From Camelus ferus (taxonomy: Eukaryota): a stretch of DNA of 64,000 nt. Positions 51,357-64,000 of the stretch are shown in pieces (position 1 is the first letter of the stretch; the number at the start of each line of letters is the position of its first letter). The notes below the pieces were generated by a model that did not search any database, was not told the origin of the DNA, and was given only the letters and a program-made list of their open reading frames with translations. A program made the translations under genes and the position numbers. Location of the stretch: positions 66,032,001 through 66,096,000 of the forward strand of contig NC_045697.1 in the NCBI RefSeq assembly GCF_009834535.1. The letters are read 5' to 3'.

Positions 51357-54300
51357 CATCTATTTTAAAATACCAAAATTTTTCTATTAAAGCTTATGGA
51401 ACCCATAAAAGTATAATTTACACCAGCTAAAATGAATAGAAGGAGTTAAAGATTATAAGAACATCAGAGTATTTAGAACTTAGTACATTTTACTATGCTG
51501 GAATCTAGATACCTGTGCAGGCAAAGGAATAGTAAGATTGCTATAGAAACAACATACATTTTATCACCCTTTCTCAAGTCCTCTAATAGATGATTAAGCT
51601 GGTTTAAGCATTTGAGGACTTTTCTTTTTCTTCTTCCCTTCATTTAAAAAAATTAATATTCATGTAGAAACTCATCTGGGACTGATAGTATGGATTCTAG
51701 TTTACAATTTATAGCAATGCAAAACACCTGCTTCTAATGATGTTCAACAATCTTTGGGGACAGGTCCTAACATATGTGCTGTAAATGTTTGTTTCCAAGA
51801 CAATAATGGGAACTATGTTCATTTCAAACAGGAATGTGTTAGGATAAGGCTGTGTGCCAGTATTTGTTGAAAAACTTAAAAAAATCATGAATCAAAGACC
51901 CAAAAGATAAGATTTAAAGGAAACTGACCTGACAAAAAACTCTCTCATACTATTATATATTTCTTCTTAAGTATACCAAAATTTTTATTTGAGTTTATGG
52001 TATTTTAAATAAGTCAGTGTATTTTTAAAATTAATTTGATAATCCCTACATTATTAAAGTCATACTGTTTTACAGAAATCACAAGGAAGATAAACACAAA
52101 AAATTCTTAAGCAACAAATAGAAGTACAATAACTTTACAAAACTTAGAAGTTCACAACAGAGCCCATTAGCCACAAAATCCTGAAATGGAACACAAATAT
52201 TTTTCAAGCACTAGGAATCATTCAACTTAATGTTTTCATCTTCAGATAAGAACCAGAATAATAATAATGATAGTATTTTATTGACTGCTCATATATGTCA
52301 AGCATATGCACTCACCTAACCACACATCCCTACTCCTGATCTTCTCAACCTTGCTTTACCCTTTTCTTTTCAAAAGCAATGATCATTTTCTAATATATCA
52401 TACAATTTATGTATTTATTAGTCTAGAATTAGGTGAAGTGATTTACCTACTCTCAAGCAGTTCAAGCTGGAACATAGAACCTAGATTTCCTTATACCCAT
52501 TTGAGCCAATCAATACAGTCAACAAATATTTGTGCACCTATCATGCACCACAACATAATCCATCCATCGGTCCAACTGCTACTTATTTTATAGGGAATAT
52601 AAAATGTTTTGAAAGGGAAAATGCTTTAAAAATGATTCTAATTTTTTATTGCTTAGAGGTTATTTAGATATGAATATATATTAATTGTGAACTTATAATA
52701 TATCTTATAATTTTAATATATCTTTTATACTCTATGACTCTCTTTCCTCAATATACAGAAATATGCAAAACAAAATGTCCCTTGTGCAGAATCAGTTCTT
52801 TTATCTTTAAATGCTGTCACGTTCACAGTCAGCTTCATGATTAGGAACTGGAATTCAGACACAGTAAAGACCTGTTTGGTTTGTGACTCATGCTATATAG
52901 ATTTTGGGTGGCCTGGTGCCTCTGGCAGTTCAGACCTGTAATGACAAATCATTGCTGGAATAATGATTTTTCCCTTCACTTTTGAGATCCTTCATCAAAT
53001 AAGTAAGTAGGCTGAATATGGCAAAAATAGATTTGGGATTATGCTGTTAACACAGCTTTTCCAGAATTTTCACTAAGAGCTCACATTTAACCAATGACAT
53101 TTTGATATCTATTTCCCCCTATAATTTAATTCCCAAACTCAACTTTAAATATCAAAGGTGTTTGTATACCAAATTGTTAAAAATATATTTATATATTTCC
53201 TAATTACTTCCCATTCAATCCAGTTAAACTTAGTGAGTTTCAGTCTGAGTTCAAGTCATTCATTCGTTTGTTCCCAAAATATTCATAGAGCATCTATTTC
53301 AAAGAACACTTCAACAGACTAACATGCAGCATCTTAGAAACTATGAGCAGTGACCGAGAATTATAATAGCCATTATAATACAGTGTGAAAATGACATCTG
53401 ATAGAAGAACACTGTATGAACTAAAAAACACTGAGAAGGATTGAGGGAGAGCAAGAAAGTCAGTCAGCTAAGTGAAGTGGGTCGAGACATCACCAGAATG
53501 CAAGGAATAGTTTTTCAGGGCAAGAGAACAGTTTGTGTAAAGACTAGGAAGGGAGAGCGGTGCACAGGAGGAACTGTAAGTTCAGTAAGACTGCAATGAG
53601 GGTAGGAAGGTAGAGACTAAAGATGAGACTGGAGAGGACTCAAAGATCAAGGGCCAGAACATAGAATTTTATGAGCCAGGTTAAAGATCTTGTACCTTTT
53701 CCTGGAGCAATGGAGAGCCACATAAGTGTGCAAAATTGATGTCATATTTTTGGAGAATGGATTGGAGCCTGGAAGACCAGGTTGTGGGGTTAAAGCAGCA
53801 GGAGGAATTGAAGATGTGAAAGATATTATCCAACTCAGGATAATAAGTTGGCATTTGAAATGGTGTTGAAGAGTCTTGACGATTCTGGTAGGAAGAGATG
53901 GGAGCAGGAGAGATACTGCAGACAGAGAGAACACCTAAAACTCTTGAATTTAAGGGTAGTAATTTCCTTTGCTATATAGGAATCAAAAAAAAAAAAAAAA
54001 GACTGTTGGAATGTGTGGCAAACACTGTTGATTGACAGTATAAAAGCATTCTTAATCGCCTCTTTTCTTTGTCACTTTCTACTACAGAGCTAGGAAAACC
54101 AAGTTCTCATTTTCATGGCCTCCCTTTGGTCTAAGAGTACTGACCAAGTGACCTGGTTCTGTTCAATGAACTGATAGGGGCAATCTTTTGGGTGGCTTTC
54201 TAATAAGGGAATAAGTGAAAAAGAGAGCTCACTGCACTGCCCTCCCTTCTCTTCTTGCCTTAAATGTGGATGTGATGTTTGGAATTGTGCAGTCCTCTAA

Positions 54301-54387
54301 CAAACAACCGTAAGATGATAATATGTAGATGAAATGCTAAGAATGTTGGAGAAAAAGTTAGGACAATCTGCACCCTTGATGATATAG

Positions 54388-54542
54388 TTTTTTAGCATTT
54401 TTTTATTGATTTCTAATCATTTTACAATGTTGTGTCAAATTCCAGTGTAGAGCACAATTTTTCAGTTATACATGAACATATATATATAATTCATTGTCAC
54501 ATTTTTTCCTCTGTGAGCTACCATAAGATCTTGTATATATTT
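54388..54542 (-). mobile_element. Lineage-specific L1 3' end inside an old MaLR LTR (~54005-54660)
   Basis: T-tract then 'ttttacaatgttgtgtcaaattccagtgtagagcaca'. Confidence 0.75.
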
Positions 54543-55427
54543 GATCAACTGTGAGACCAACAACCAGTAGACTTCTTGCAAAGAAAACTTTAAGTAAAAG
54601 GCTTATGATTTAAGTCATGTTAGTTTTTCTGCTTCTCAAAGCAAAAGCATTCCTAACGGAAATAGGAAATAAGTTAGAGAAAGGAAGACTGGAAGGAATA
54701 AAATGACACCAAGTTAAGAATTCTTGTTGCTCCACAGAAGTGGTCTTCAGGTATGACTTTTATAGAAGCAAGAAATGTTCTCCAATACAAAAACTGCCTC
54801 ATGTTCAAACACTTCAAATTCAGTTAACCTCCTTATTGGTTAATACTGGTGAATACTGGACAATTCAAACTCAAGCCTTTCTCTATGTAATTTAAAATCA
54901 AATTTAAACTGCAAAGATATACAACAGAAATAGCCACTGACAAAGTGCTAATGATAGTTTATTTCATTAACTATCCAGGAAATGGATGCCTGAAGTTGGG
55001 GTACAAATGCATGACGAATGGAATACTGACTCCTACGTATACGTCGAATGGATCTATTTCAGCCACACTTATCTTCACCACCTTTTCAGAAGACACAGAA
55101 ACATTCCTCATTTAATGCCCATGTGCTGATATTGCTTCCAGTCAGAAAGTCTTACCCCATCTTCTTTGTTTGTCCCATCCCAACTCATCCTTTCAGAACC
55201 CAATTCAACGATCATCTCCTGAATGTAGCATTTTCCAATATCCACAAAGTCACCTGTATGTCTTCTGTGCTACCAAAGTATGTCATTTGTATATCTGTAC
55301 TATGTTCACCCTGTGGTAATATTCTGTTAACAAGTGTGTCTCCACCACTCGACAAGATCCTTCACTGCAGGGACTAGATCTTACTGCCTCTGCATCTTGA
55401 GCACCAAGCACTGTAACTAGCCTACAA

Positions 55428-55655
55428 AACACAAAACTATTGAGACAGAAATCAAATCAGTGGCTGACAGGGACTCAGGAAGAAGGCTGACGACTGACAA
55501 CAGGAGGACAAGAGGGAACTTTCGCAGGTGATAAAAACGTGTATCTTAATTGTGTTGGTGGTTATGTGACCACGTGTATTTGTCAAAACCCATCAAACTA
55601 TACACCCTAAAAGGGGTGAATTTTATTGTATGTAAATTGGACCTCAATAAACATG
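55428..55655 (+). mobile_element. Old L1 3' end
   Basis: 'gtatttgtcaaaacccatcaaactatacac...gtaaattggacctcaataaac'. Confidence 0.8.
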
Positions 55656-58600
55656 TACTGTGAAGAACAACACAGCAATAAGGGAGTGACCATGAATGAA
55701 TGACAAACACAAGATGACACATTTACCTGAGACCTAATTTCCTTTCTAGGAGTATTTACTTTTTTAAAGCATCATCTTAAACCAGGGCAATGGTTAGCAC
55801 AAATAAAACTTGGGCATTTTAGGTAAGCCAATGATTTCTGAACAGAGGCACTTCTAGGAATTCCTTAAATTATTCTAACTACTTTGCCTAAGTAGAAAAA
55901 TGACTGGTCAATTCTGTCATTCAGAGACAACTTTGATACTGATTCTAACATAGTGCAAATCATTCACAAATCATAAAAATAATCCTTCCTACACACTAAC
56001 TCAAAAGTGTTTTCCAATGTCTCAGAAATATTGATATTAGGAAGAGAGACCAGGTGTGCTATATAAATTTCAAATGAAGCCTAATTCTGAACCTGTAAAA
56101 CTTACAAAATATTTTGTCTATGCTGCATTTCATCATGTTAGATCTTTGATCTTTTTACATGTGTTTTAAGATTAGTTATCTATCTAGACAGTTACCCTTA
56201 AATACCTTTGAAATGGTGGTAATCTGACAAAAAATTAAACTGATTTTGAGTTAGAGTTGTGATGGATTGCTAACCTATCTTTCCCTCTATAAAGACTTAA
56301 GTTGAAATCTGTCTTAGATCATGAATTTAAATGTTTATTACTTCTAATAGCAGTGAAAGATGACATGTGTCTGTGCAAGTGTGTTTATACAGCACCCATC
56401 TCATCCCTCATGAATTTCAGTCTCTGCTCAGAAAAAGCACAAGCCTAAAATTAAAAGTGAAACATAAAACCTTTGTAGAGTGTCACTGTACATCACCTGG
56501 GGCAATGTATAGGATCATATAAAATTCACGTTTCATTTCTTCTCACTCATATTTTAAACTCAGCATTTTCTACAGCACCTGTGGGGCAGAAGAAAACAGC
56601 CCATGTCTATTTTCCAGTCTTAGTTCTGCCTCCTACCAGCAAAAATGGCCTAAGTCACTGCTATTTGATCCTTTAGAGAGTTAATTTCTTCATTTTAACA
56701 TGTAAAAATAACATATTCATGGTTATAGTCAAGATCAAATGAATTGATATATGTCTTTTATAAACATAATATGTTTTACTAGTTTTATGCTGAATTCTTA
56801 TCTCAAGGCATGGACAAATCAATAACTTTATTGTAACTGGTCATAGCACAAGCTTGTCTATTGGTAGAATGAGAAGTGAACATGTGGGAATTTCAGTGAT
56901 GTATGTGTTCAATTCAACATGTACTTATTAAGTACTTATTATATACATGGGCATTGGAGTAGGCATCTGGGATACACCACAATTCTGAGTTTCTTCAATT
57001 TGTTATAATATGACTAAGTATTATCCCTCTTTTACAGTGAGGAACTAAGGCTCAGAGAAAAAAGTGACAATTATTTAATTGGACTGTGTGACAATTGTTA
57101 TGTGCAATGTATTTGTAAATGCCTGGCATAGTTCTTGATTTTACAATTGATTATGAACTACATTAAAATATCATCTAGGGAAAAATGAGTGGCCTTTCGA
57201 GCAGTCTACACCATAATGTGGTGTAGGTTTAGAAATCCTGATTGATGGTTGTCATTATCCAAAGTTGATATCATCATTTCCCCCAAATTGGTTTTTTCTC
57301 CTCCTCCTTTGTTCCCCGTCTCAGAGGAACCAACATCTACAGCACTGTTTATTCCAGAATTCTCCTCTTCCCAGACAACATGCCACCCTGCCTCCTACTA
57401 CATCTCAATCTATCAACAAATCCTGCCAATTCAATTTTATAATTTTGTTTCAAAATCCATCTTGTTTTCTTCATCTCCACTATTACTACCTTGGTCTAGG
57501 ATCCATCCATATAACTTAATTTTATCTTAATTGCCTCTTTAAAGTCCCTATCTCCAAATACAGTAACATTCTGAGATACTGGGGATTACGATGTCAAAAA
57601 ATGAATTTCGAGGAGGCACAATCCAGCCCATAACAACCCCTTATCGCATTATGTCAAGAAGCACATAACGTCATGTTCAGCAGATCTCTGCATTGTAAGG
57701 ATACATGTTTCCCTTTATAACTAGCAAATCACCTGTGGGATGAATAACTTGTGACAATCCTACTCCTCACTATCCTTTCACTCATTCATTTTACCGTCAT
57801 CCATTAATGATTCCTGCCTACATTATTATTTCAAGGCTGCAAAGTAGTGGTTTAACAAACTTATCATTCCTCTACATTTATTTGCTGTCATTCTTTTGTA
57901 AAGATAGGCCTTCATTCTTGCTGCACTCCAATTCAATGTTTATAAACACTAGAGTTAACTTTCTTAACTGCTCAGTAAACCTTGAGCCTTTCCTCTGCCC
58001 CAGGGGATTAAGTACATACTCCCTTATATGGCCTCTCAAGGATGTCAAGCTTCTCCCTCCCGGTCACTACTTTACCTTCTTTACTGGTTTACTTGTATTC
58101 ATCCTTCCAGACTCAGCTGTCACTTTCTCCCTAGCTTTCTGCACCAAATCATAAGGGCTTGTCTTGAATTACACACTTTACTTTCACTATCATAGCATAA
58201 ATGGCACTATTTTGTAATTTATGGTTAATTATCTCACTGACAGACTTTAAGCTATCTGAGGAAATACAAAAATCACATCAGTCTTTTTCATTCTTATATT
58301 TCCTAGCACCTCCTATAGTCCTTTGGTACTGAGTAGGCATATGATAATGATTAAATAAATAAATTACTGGGAGTTATGTACTATACACAAATCTATATAT
58401 ACTATGATTTGTGACCGATTTATAGAATTTATAAGGATAATTTTAATTAAAAGTGATCATTCACATAATTTGCTTACTGAAAGTCTAGGCCCTAGGTAAG
58501 ATGAATTCTACTCAAAAAATAACGAATATTTACTTGGTAATAACTACTGGCCAGGTCCTGCCCTAAGCATTAATTATTTCAAATTTAATCCACAGAAACC

Positions 58601-60441
58601 CTTTAGTGTGGGCACTACTTTCCCTATTTAACAGTTAAGGAAATTGAGAGACTATCACACAGCTAGTAAACAAAAGTGATGTGATTTAAACACAGGTATC
58701 TAATTTCACAATGACTTTGTAATTTTTATTACTTTCTTATGAAGAGTTCATCTTCCTCATTATATGACTATAAATATATCATCCATGATTAGTTATTAAG
58801 GCCCCTGTTTTGGGTTCAGTAATGCTTCCACTTTCAAGAATATAGACATGTACAATGTAAGGCATTTATAATAGTATCAAATACCTAAGTAGAAACAGCC
58901 CACAGACAAAATACACTGCATAAAAATGTAAAATATTAATATGTAATTTACCCTCAAAACAATGTTTTGACTAAGTCTAAGTAGATCTGGCAGTAAGAAA
59001 AATTGTGAATTATGTTTAATGTTTGTAGAATTTGAAATGGCTGAAGGAAAGAAATAACTTTCTTTTAGAATCTCTCTGTAAAAAACCAATTCAAGAAGAA
59101 AAAAATACATACAGGATTGATAACAATGATCCAGTTTGACTTAAATATATTGTGAAACATGACATTTGCAGAGTGGCAGATATAAAAGGATGATTTCAAG
59201 GTAGGAATTAATACAACAAAAATGAGATGCTGCAAGTACAGATATGGTAAAATTTGGACTTGAATTTGTGAGTTGAATGAGTCAAAGTATCAAGCATCCT
59301 CCTGACACTGTAGATGTAGACAACAAAATAGTGATTACACAATGCTGTGAAGAAATTGAATTACAAGGACATTGGAAGAAAAAGTAAGGTCATGTGTGTA
59401 TGTGTGTATAAACTCAAGTTTTTAGTTGAGAGTGTCCTGACAATTGTAAGAAATGCATACGTAGGAAAAAGAAGGGGTAAAAATTAGGATGAAAAAAAAT
59501 CAAGCAAGGAAAAGATACAACGTGAGATTTGCTCTTTAATGGGAAGTTACTGAAAAGCAAGAATTATGTATTTTATTTAGAATTTAAATCCTATCTTTTT
59601 CCAGAAAAGCAATTATCATAGTTAACAAAACAGAGCAGGTAATTATCAAAAGGGTGAAAAATACTCACTATCTTTAATCCCCTAAATTGGTAATGGTAGA
59701 TACTAGAGGTTTTGAATTTTAAAAGGCACATACAGGGATGGTATCTCCATGGTTTCCACCAGAATTATTAGGACTGAAGATCTCTTTGTCAGAAGTTTTT
59801 AATGTGAAGCCCACAGAGCACCAGGAGGTCCATGAACTTCCTGAAATTATGCACAATCTGTTGTGTGCACATGCAATTTCCTGGAAGGCATTCCATAGCT
59901 TTTTAAAAACCAGATTCTCAAAAGAGGTTCATTACCATCCCTTCTACCCCCTAAATTAAGAATGATTAATCTGGGAAAAGACGTATTTGCTTACAAATTG
60001 GTAATATTGTCTTAGTTTCCTGTTACCAAGGAAGAAAGATCTATTTAATTTTATGATTTGGCATCTTGTCTTTTCCATTTCATATTTGTGTGTGGGAGGT
60101 AAGATTAACTTATACAAGTTTCCATTACCAACGAGGTATGGTTTACATTTTTAAGATATCAAGTTAAGAAGGGATTCACATTTGCAAATCCCATTTTTAA
60201 TCTCTGTTGCTGTTTATTATTTTGTTTGGTTTCCTATTCAATTCAATTCAAATTTCAAAGGGTTGTTCCTTCCTCAAATTGCTTCACAGGTTTATTTTGG
60301 TAAATATAAAGTAAAAAGAAATAACAATAAAATTCCCACAAAGCCTTTCCTTCTGTTTAATGAAGAAATATGAGGATTCCAGCAAACATTTTCACTGAGC
60401 CCATTTCAAAACTAACAGGTAATTAACAGGATTTGTGCAGC

Positions 60442-60893
60442 TGTATTAATCAGGGTTCTAAGGAGAAACAGAAACAATATTATATATATATAAAGAGATT
60501 TATTATGAGGGATTTGCTTACTCAGTTTTGGAGTCTGAGAAGTCCCTCTTGCAAACCGGAGGTCCAGGAACACCGGTGGTGTAGTTCCAGTCCAAGACTC
60601 AAGTCCCCTGAAGGCCTGAGAACAGGTCCAGAGGCAGGAAAGGATGGATGTCCTAGTTCAAGCAGAGAGAGTGAGTTGGCCTTTCTTCCACCTTTTCTGT
60701 TCCATGCAGGCCCTCAGTGGATTGGATGATGCACCCCATATGGGTGAGTGCAATCTTCATTATCAGTCTACCAATTCCAATGCTAATTTCTTCCAGACAG
60801 ACCCGCACAGACACACTCAGAAATAATGTTTTACCAGCTATCCGGGCATCCTCAGCCCAGTCAAACTGACACTTAAAATTATAGCAGCCCCAC
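60442..60893 (-). mobile_element. MLT2 (ERVL) LTR
   Basis: 'tgtattaatcagggttct...gaaacagaaacaata' through 'cccagtcaaactgacacttaaaatt'. Confidence 0.88.
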
Positions 60894-61554
60894 ATGAATA
60901 TTTCAATTTAAAAAGTGAATTATATCCCCATAATGACCCTTGAAACAATCATTTATTTCTGAAATCTTAGTCACCACATCTGAGTAGTCCTGCTGACAAA
61001 ATTTTATTTTATGGCCTATATTCTAGGAACTTTATCTTATCTACCATGTTGAATCATAAAAAACACCATACTACAAACTAGAAATGATAATGCCTTTATG
61101 TGACTAAGTATATTTCAAAAGACGAGGCGCCTCTAATCACATTTATACTACTGAAAAAGAAGAATTACATACTATTGTGGGAAATAATTCTTCTGGCAAA
61201 GAAGGTAGAGAGAAAAATGTGACAACATATAAACAAAGTCTATCAAATGTTGACGTTTAGATTCAACTGATCTAAACTTGAGATGAACAGGAAATGAGCC
61301 TAAGATTTCTAGATAGCTTCTGAGTCTCAGTATTTAAAGAAGAGAAAATAAGGAATATTTTAATTTTGAGAGAATCAGTACACTTGAGACAAAAATGTAG
61401 GAAAATGTTTGGACATGGTCCAATTATTTATTACTACATAACAAACTAACCCCCACATTTAATAGTTAGCTATCTTGTTATATCTTATGATTTTGTAGGT
61501 TAGAAATTTGAGCCAGGCTTATTCAGTGACTCAAATTTTACCATTTATTTCTCA

Positions 61555-62095
61555 TTTACTAGTTGGAATACTTTTAAAGAGATGCTTTCCTTCCTCTATT
61601 ATTTGATTACCTAGTAGAGCCCTATATAGAGAAAAGGCAGGCTAAAAGTGTGATTCTTTTCCCACTCTTACTAGTTTTCATGATAATGAGTTGTCTCCTT
61701 TCATTCTCTAAAGACAATTAGTTTCTTTGTTAATTATCAGAAAAAACTCATGGATTTACACATATTTAATGGCTTTTAAGTAACTGCAATTTTTAATCTT
61801 ATTGAAGTTCCAAATTGCACCATCTTTGGCCAGTAGTGGGAGCCTCTTCAAGTTGACTCCTGAATCTTTTTGACATGATATTAGTGATCTTTGACAGTTT
61901 CCTTGCTTTTTGGCATATGTAGACATTCCAGGCTCGTTCTACATTTCCTGTCCCAGACTAGCATCTGTCCTTTTTCCAAAAAGTCCTGGTTTCCTTTAGT
62001 GGTAAGTAATATTTCAGGATCACCAGTATTAGAGGTAGGGATATGTATGGGCTAATCAGTTTCTAGGCCTTTCCAGTGGACACAGATAGGAAGCA
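61555..62095 (-). mobile_element. Old L1 (L1MC-type) 3' fragment
   Basis: 'ctttggccagtagtgggagcctcttcaagttgactcctgaatc' and 'cctggtttcctttagtgg'. Confidence 0.7.
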
Positions 62096-62108
62096 CATAC
62101 ACACTACA

Positions 62109-62122
62109 TGTATGTATGTATG

Positions 62123-62167
<45 letters not shown>
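62109..62167. repeat. (TATG)n-(TA)n microsatellite
   Basis: Read directly. Confidence 0.95.
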
Positions 62168-62171
<4 letters not shown>

Positions 62172-62550
62172 TGTATATCAAACCTTGTAAGTTCCTACAG
62201 GGGAGAAAGTAGTTTTCAAATTTTTCTCCCATATCAATAATTGTTTATAGTCACTTTTTAAAAAATTGTTAGGTTTACTGAGTTATAATTTATAAACAAT
62301 AAGATTAATCCCTTTTAAGTCTATAGTTGAGTAAAATTTGACAAATATATTTAGTTACCACCATAATCAGTACACTCTGGGAAAGAGCAGGTTGAAACAA
62401 GCAGAGGATCAAGGATTGATCTTTGGAGAATGATAATATTTAGGGTCAGAAGGAAGAAAAATCAGAGGACTGATTTTCACTCCCAACTCCTGCTATCATT
62501 CTAGAAGATTTCAGGGTCCAAGCAGGAGAAAACTTCCATTCTCTTGCCCC

Positions 62551-62900
62551 TATTATGGCAAGCATTATGTTTCCCCCAAAATTCATATGTTGAAATTCTA
62601 ACTCCCAGTATCTCAGAATGTGACTCTGTGCTTGGAGATAGAGCCTTTAGACTGGTAATTAAGTTAAAGTACGGTCATTAAGTAAGCCCTTATCCAATAG
62701 GATGTATCCTTCTTTAAAAAAAGAAAGAAAGAAAATTTGGACACAAGACAAGTACAAATGGAAGACTATGTCAAGTTGCAGGAAGAAGACAGCCATCTAT
62801 AAGACAAGGCTTGGCTCTTTTCCAGCTATATCCAATCCCAAAGGGCAAGGAATCTGTGAAGGAGACACATTCACTCAGAACCTGTGCCTTGATGTTTAGA
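62551..62900 (+). mobile_element. MLT1B/C-like LTR
   Basis: 'cccccaaaattcatatgttgaaattctaactcccagtatctcagaatgtgact'. Confidence 0.8.
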
Positions 62901-63085
62901 AAAAGGTTTTGAGTACCTGGTCCCTAAAATTCTCTCCTCATACTGCTCCAAGATGGCTAACAGTGACTTTTCCCCAGGTCTTTTCTATTGAGGGCCAACA
63001 ATGCTTCTAGCATCTGTATCTTTAGACGCAATATGAAGCAAAAAGGCCCCTAGGTCAAACAGGTGATGAAGCAGTGGGGTGGGAG

Positions 63086-63272
63086 TAGATTTGCCAAATA
63101 TAATACAGGACACCTTGTTAAATTTGAATTTCAGACAAACAACACATAATTGTTTAGTATGAATAATTCCAAATATTGCATGGGACATAATTATACTAAA
63201 AAGTGTTCATTGTTTATCTAAAATTCATATTTAAGAGAGCATACTTCTTTTTTAAAACTATGCCAATCCTAG
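63086..63272. mobile_element. MER53-like hAT MITE
   Basis: 'aatacaggacaccttgttaaatttgaatttcagacaaacaac...caaatattgcatgggacata'. Confidence 0.8.
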
Positions 63273-64000
63273 GTAGGGTCAGACTTGGTCATTTGAGCTG
63301 GATATCCATTTGCATGATCACAAAGTGCCTAATGGTATCAAACTAAGGGGGAGGAAATGACATAGGGGAGGCAGGATACATGTGCCAACCAATGTTCTTT
63401 GAATCACCCACATTCTGTCTGACATATAGGAATTCTAAACTCAATCTGGCTTTCCAGGTCACTTTCAAAATAGGATGATAGAATATATTTTATTTTTACA
63501 TTCTGTTAGTTGTATTTATAATGCTTAGATCTTGAAGCAAATATTTCTCATAACCAAAAATAATTAACTGTTTATAAGTTGATGCATCCTTTGATCACAT
63601 CATTTAACATGCATGCATAAATCTAGGGCATTCCATAGGATAACAAAAATAGGTACAATGGAAATCCCAATTGTGTAGCCTTTGATCCTGAATTTTATGG
63701 GCCCAGATACTTAATTTTATAGATGTGCCCACATTTGAAAAAACTGTGAACTCCTGTCATACAATTCAAAACACTGATTTATAAAACAGAATGCCAATTT
63801 AAGTTTACCATGACCAAAATGTATTTGGCAGAATAACGATTAATAGTAATTCTTCTCTAAGAGAAATGCCAACCAGATGATCAAATTACAACTCAGAAAA
63901 TTGCCTGTTTAGTCGTTAGACAAAGAGAGTAAGTATTCATAGGGTGACAGTTTTATCAAGATATGTGAATTGTCATTCTACTCTAGGTGCAACCCAGCCA

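Noticed and set aside
1..64000. CRISPR array, operon or other prokaryotic system
   Set aside because: The sequence is mammalian and has no regularly spaced repeat-spacer structure or dense ORFs.

Overview
AT-rich, repeat-dense mammalian DNA, most likely camelid. Five copies of a tRNA-derived SINE match the vic-1 type, and I saw no Alu, BovB or PRE-1. No intact known protein-coding gene is recognisable; the supplied ORFs are random or derived from L1/LTR elements. The main signal is an unannotated multi-exon gene remnant on the minus strand (about 39.4 kb to 4.8 kb). It has phase-compatible GT-AG exons and three decayed IQ (calmodulin-binding)-like motifs, and five of its exons still splice into a stop-free 155-aa frame. 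The window also holds tailless U2 and U6 retro-fragments with target-site duplications (TSDs), a convergent pair of MER41-like LTRs (one with tandem STAT/GAS sites), and a 1.4-kb CpG-rich foreign insert that replaces part of an MLT1A LTR. There are two co-oriented CTCF-like motifs and several nested transposon stacks. Repeat subfamily names come from recalled consensus sequences, not a database search, and boundaries of old repeats are approximate.
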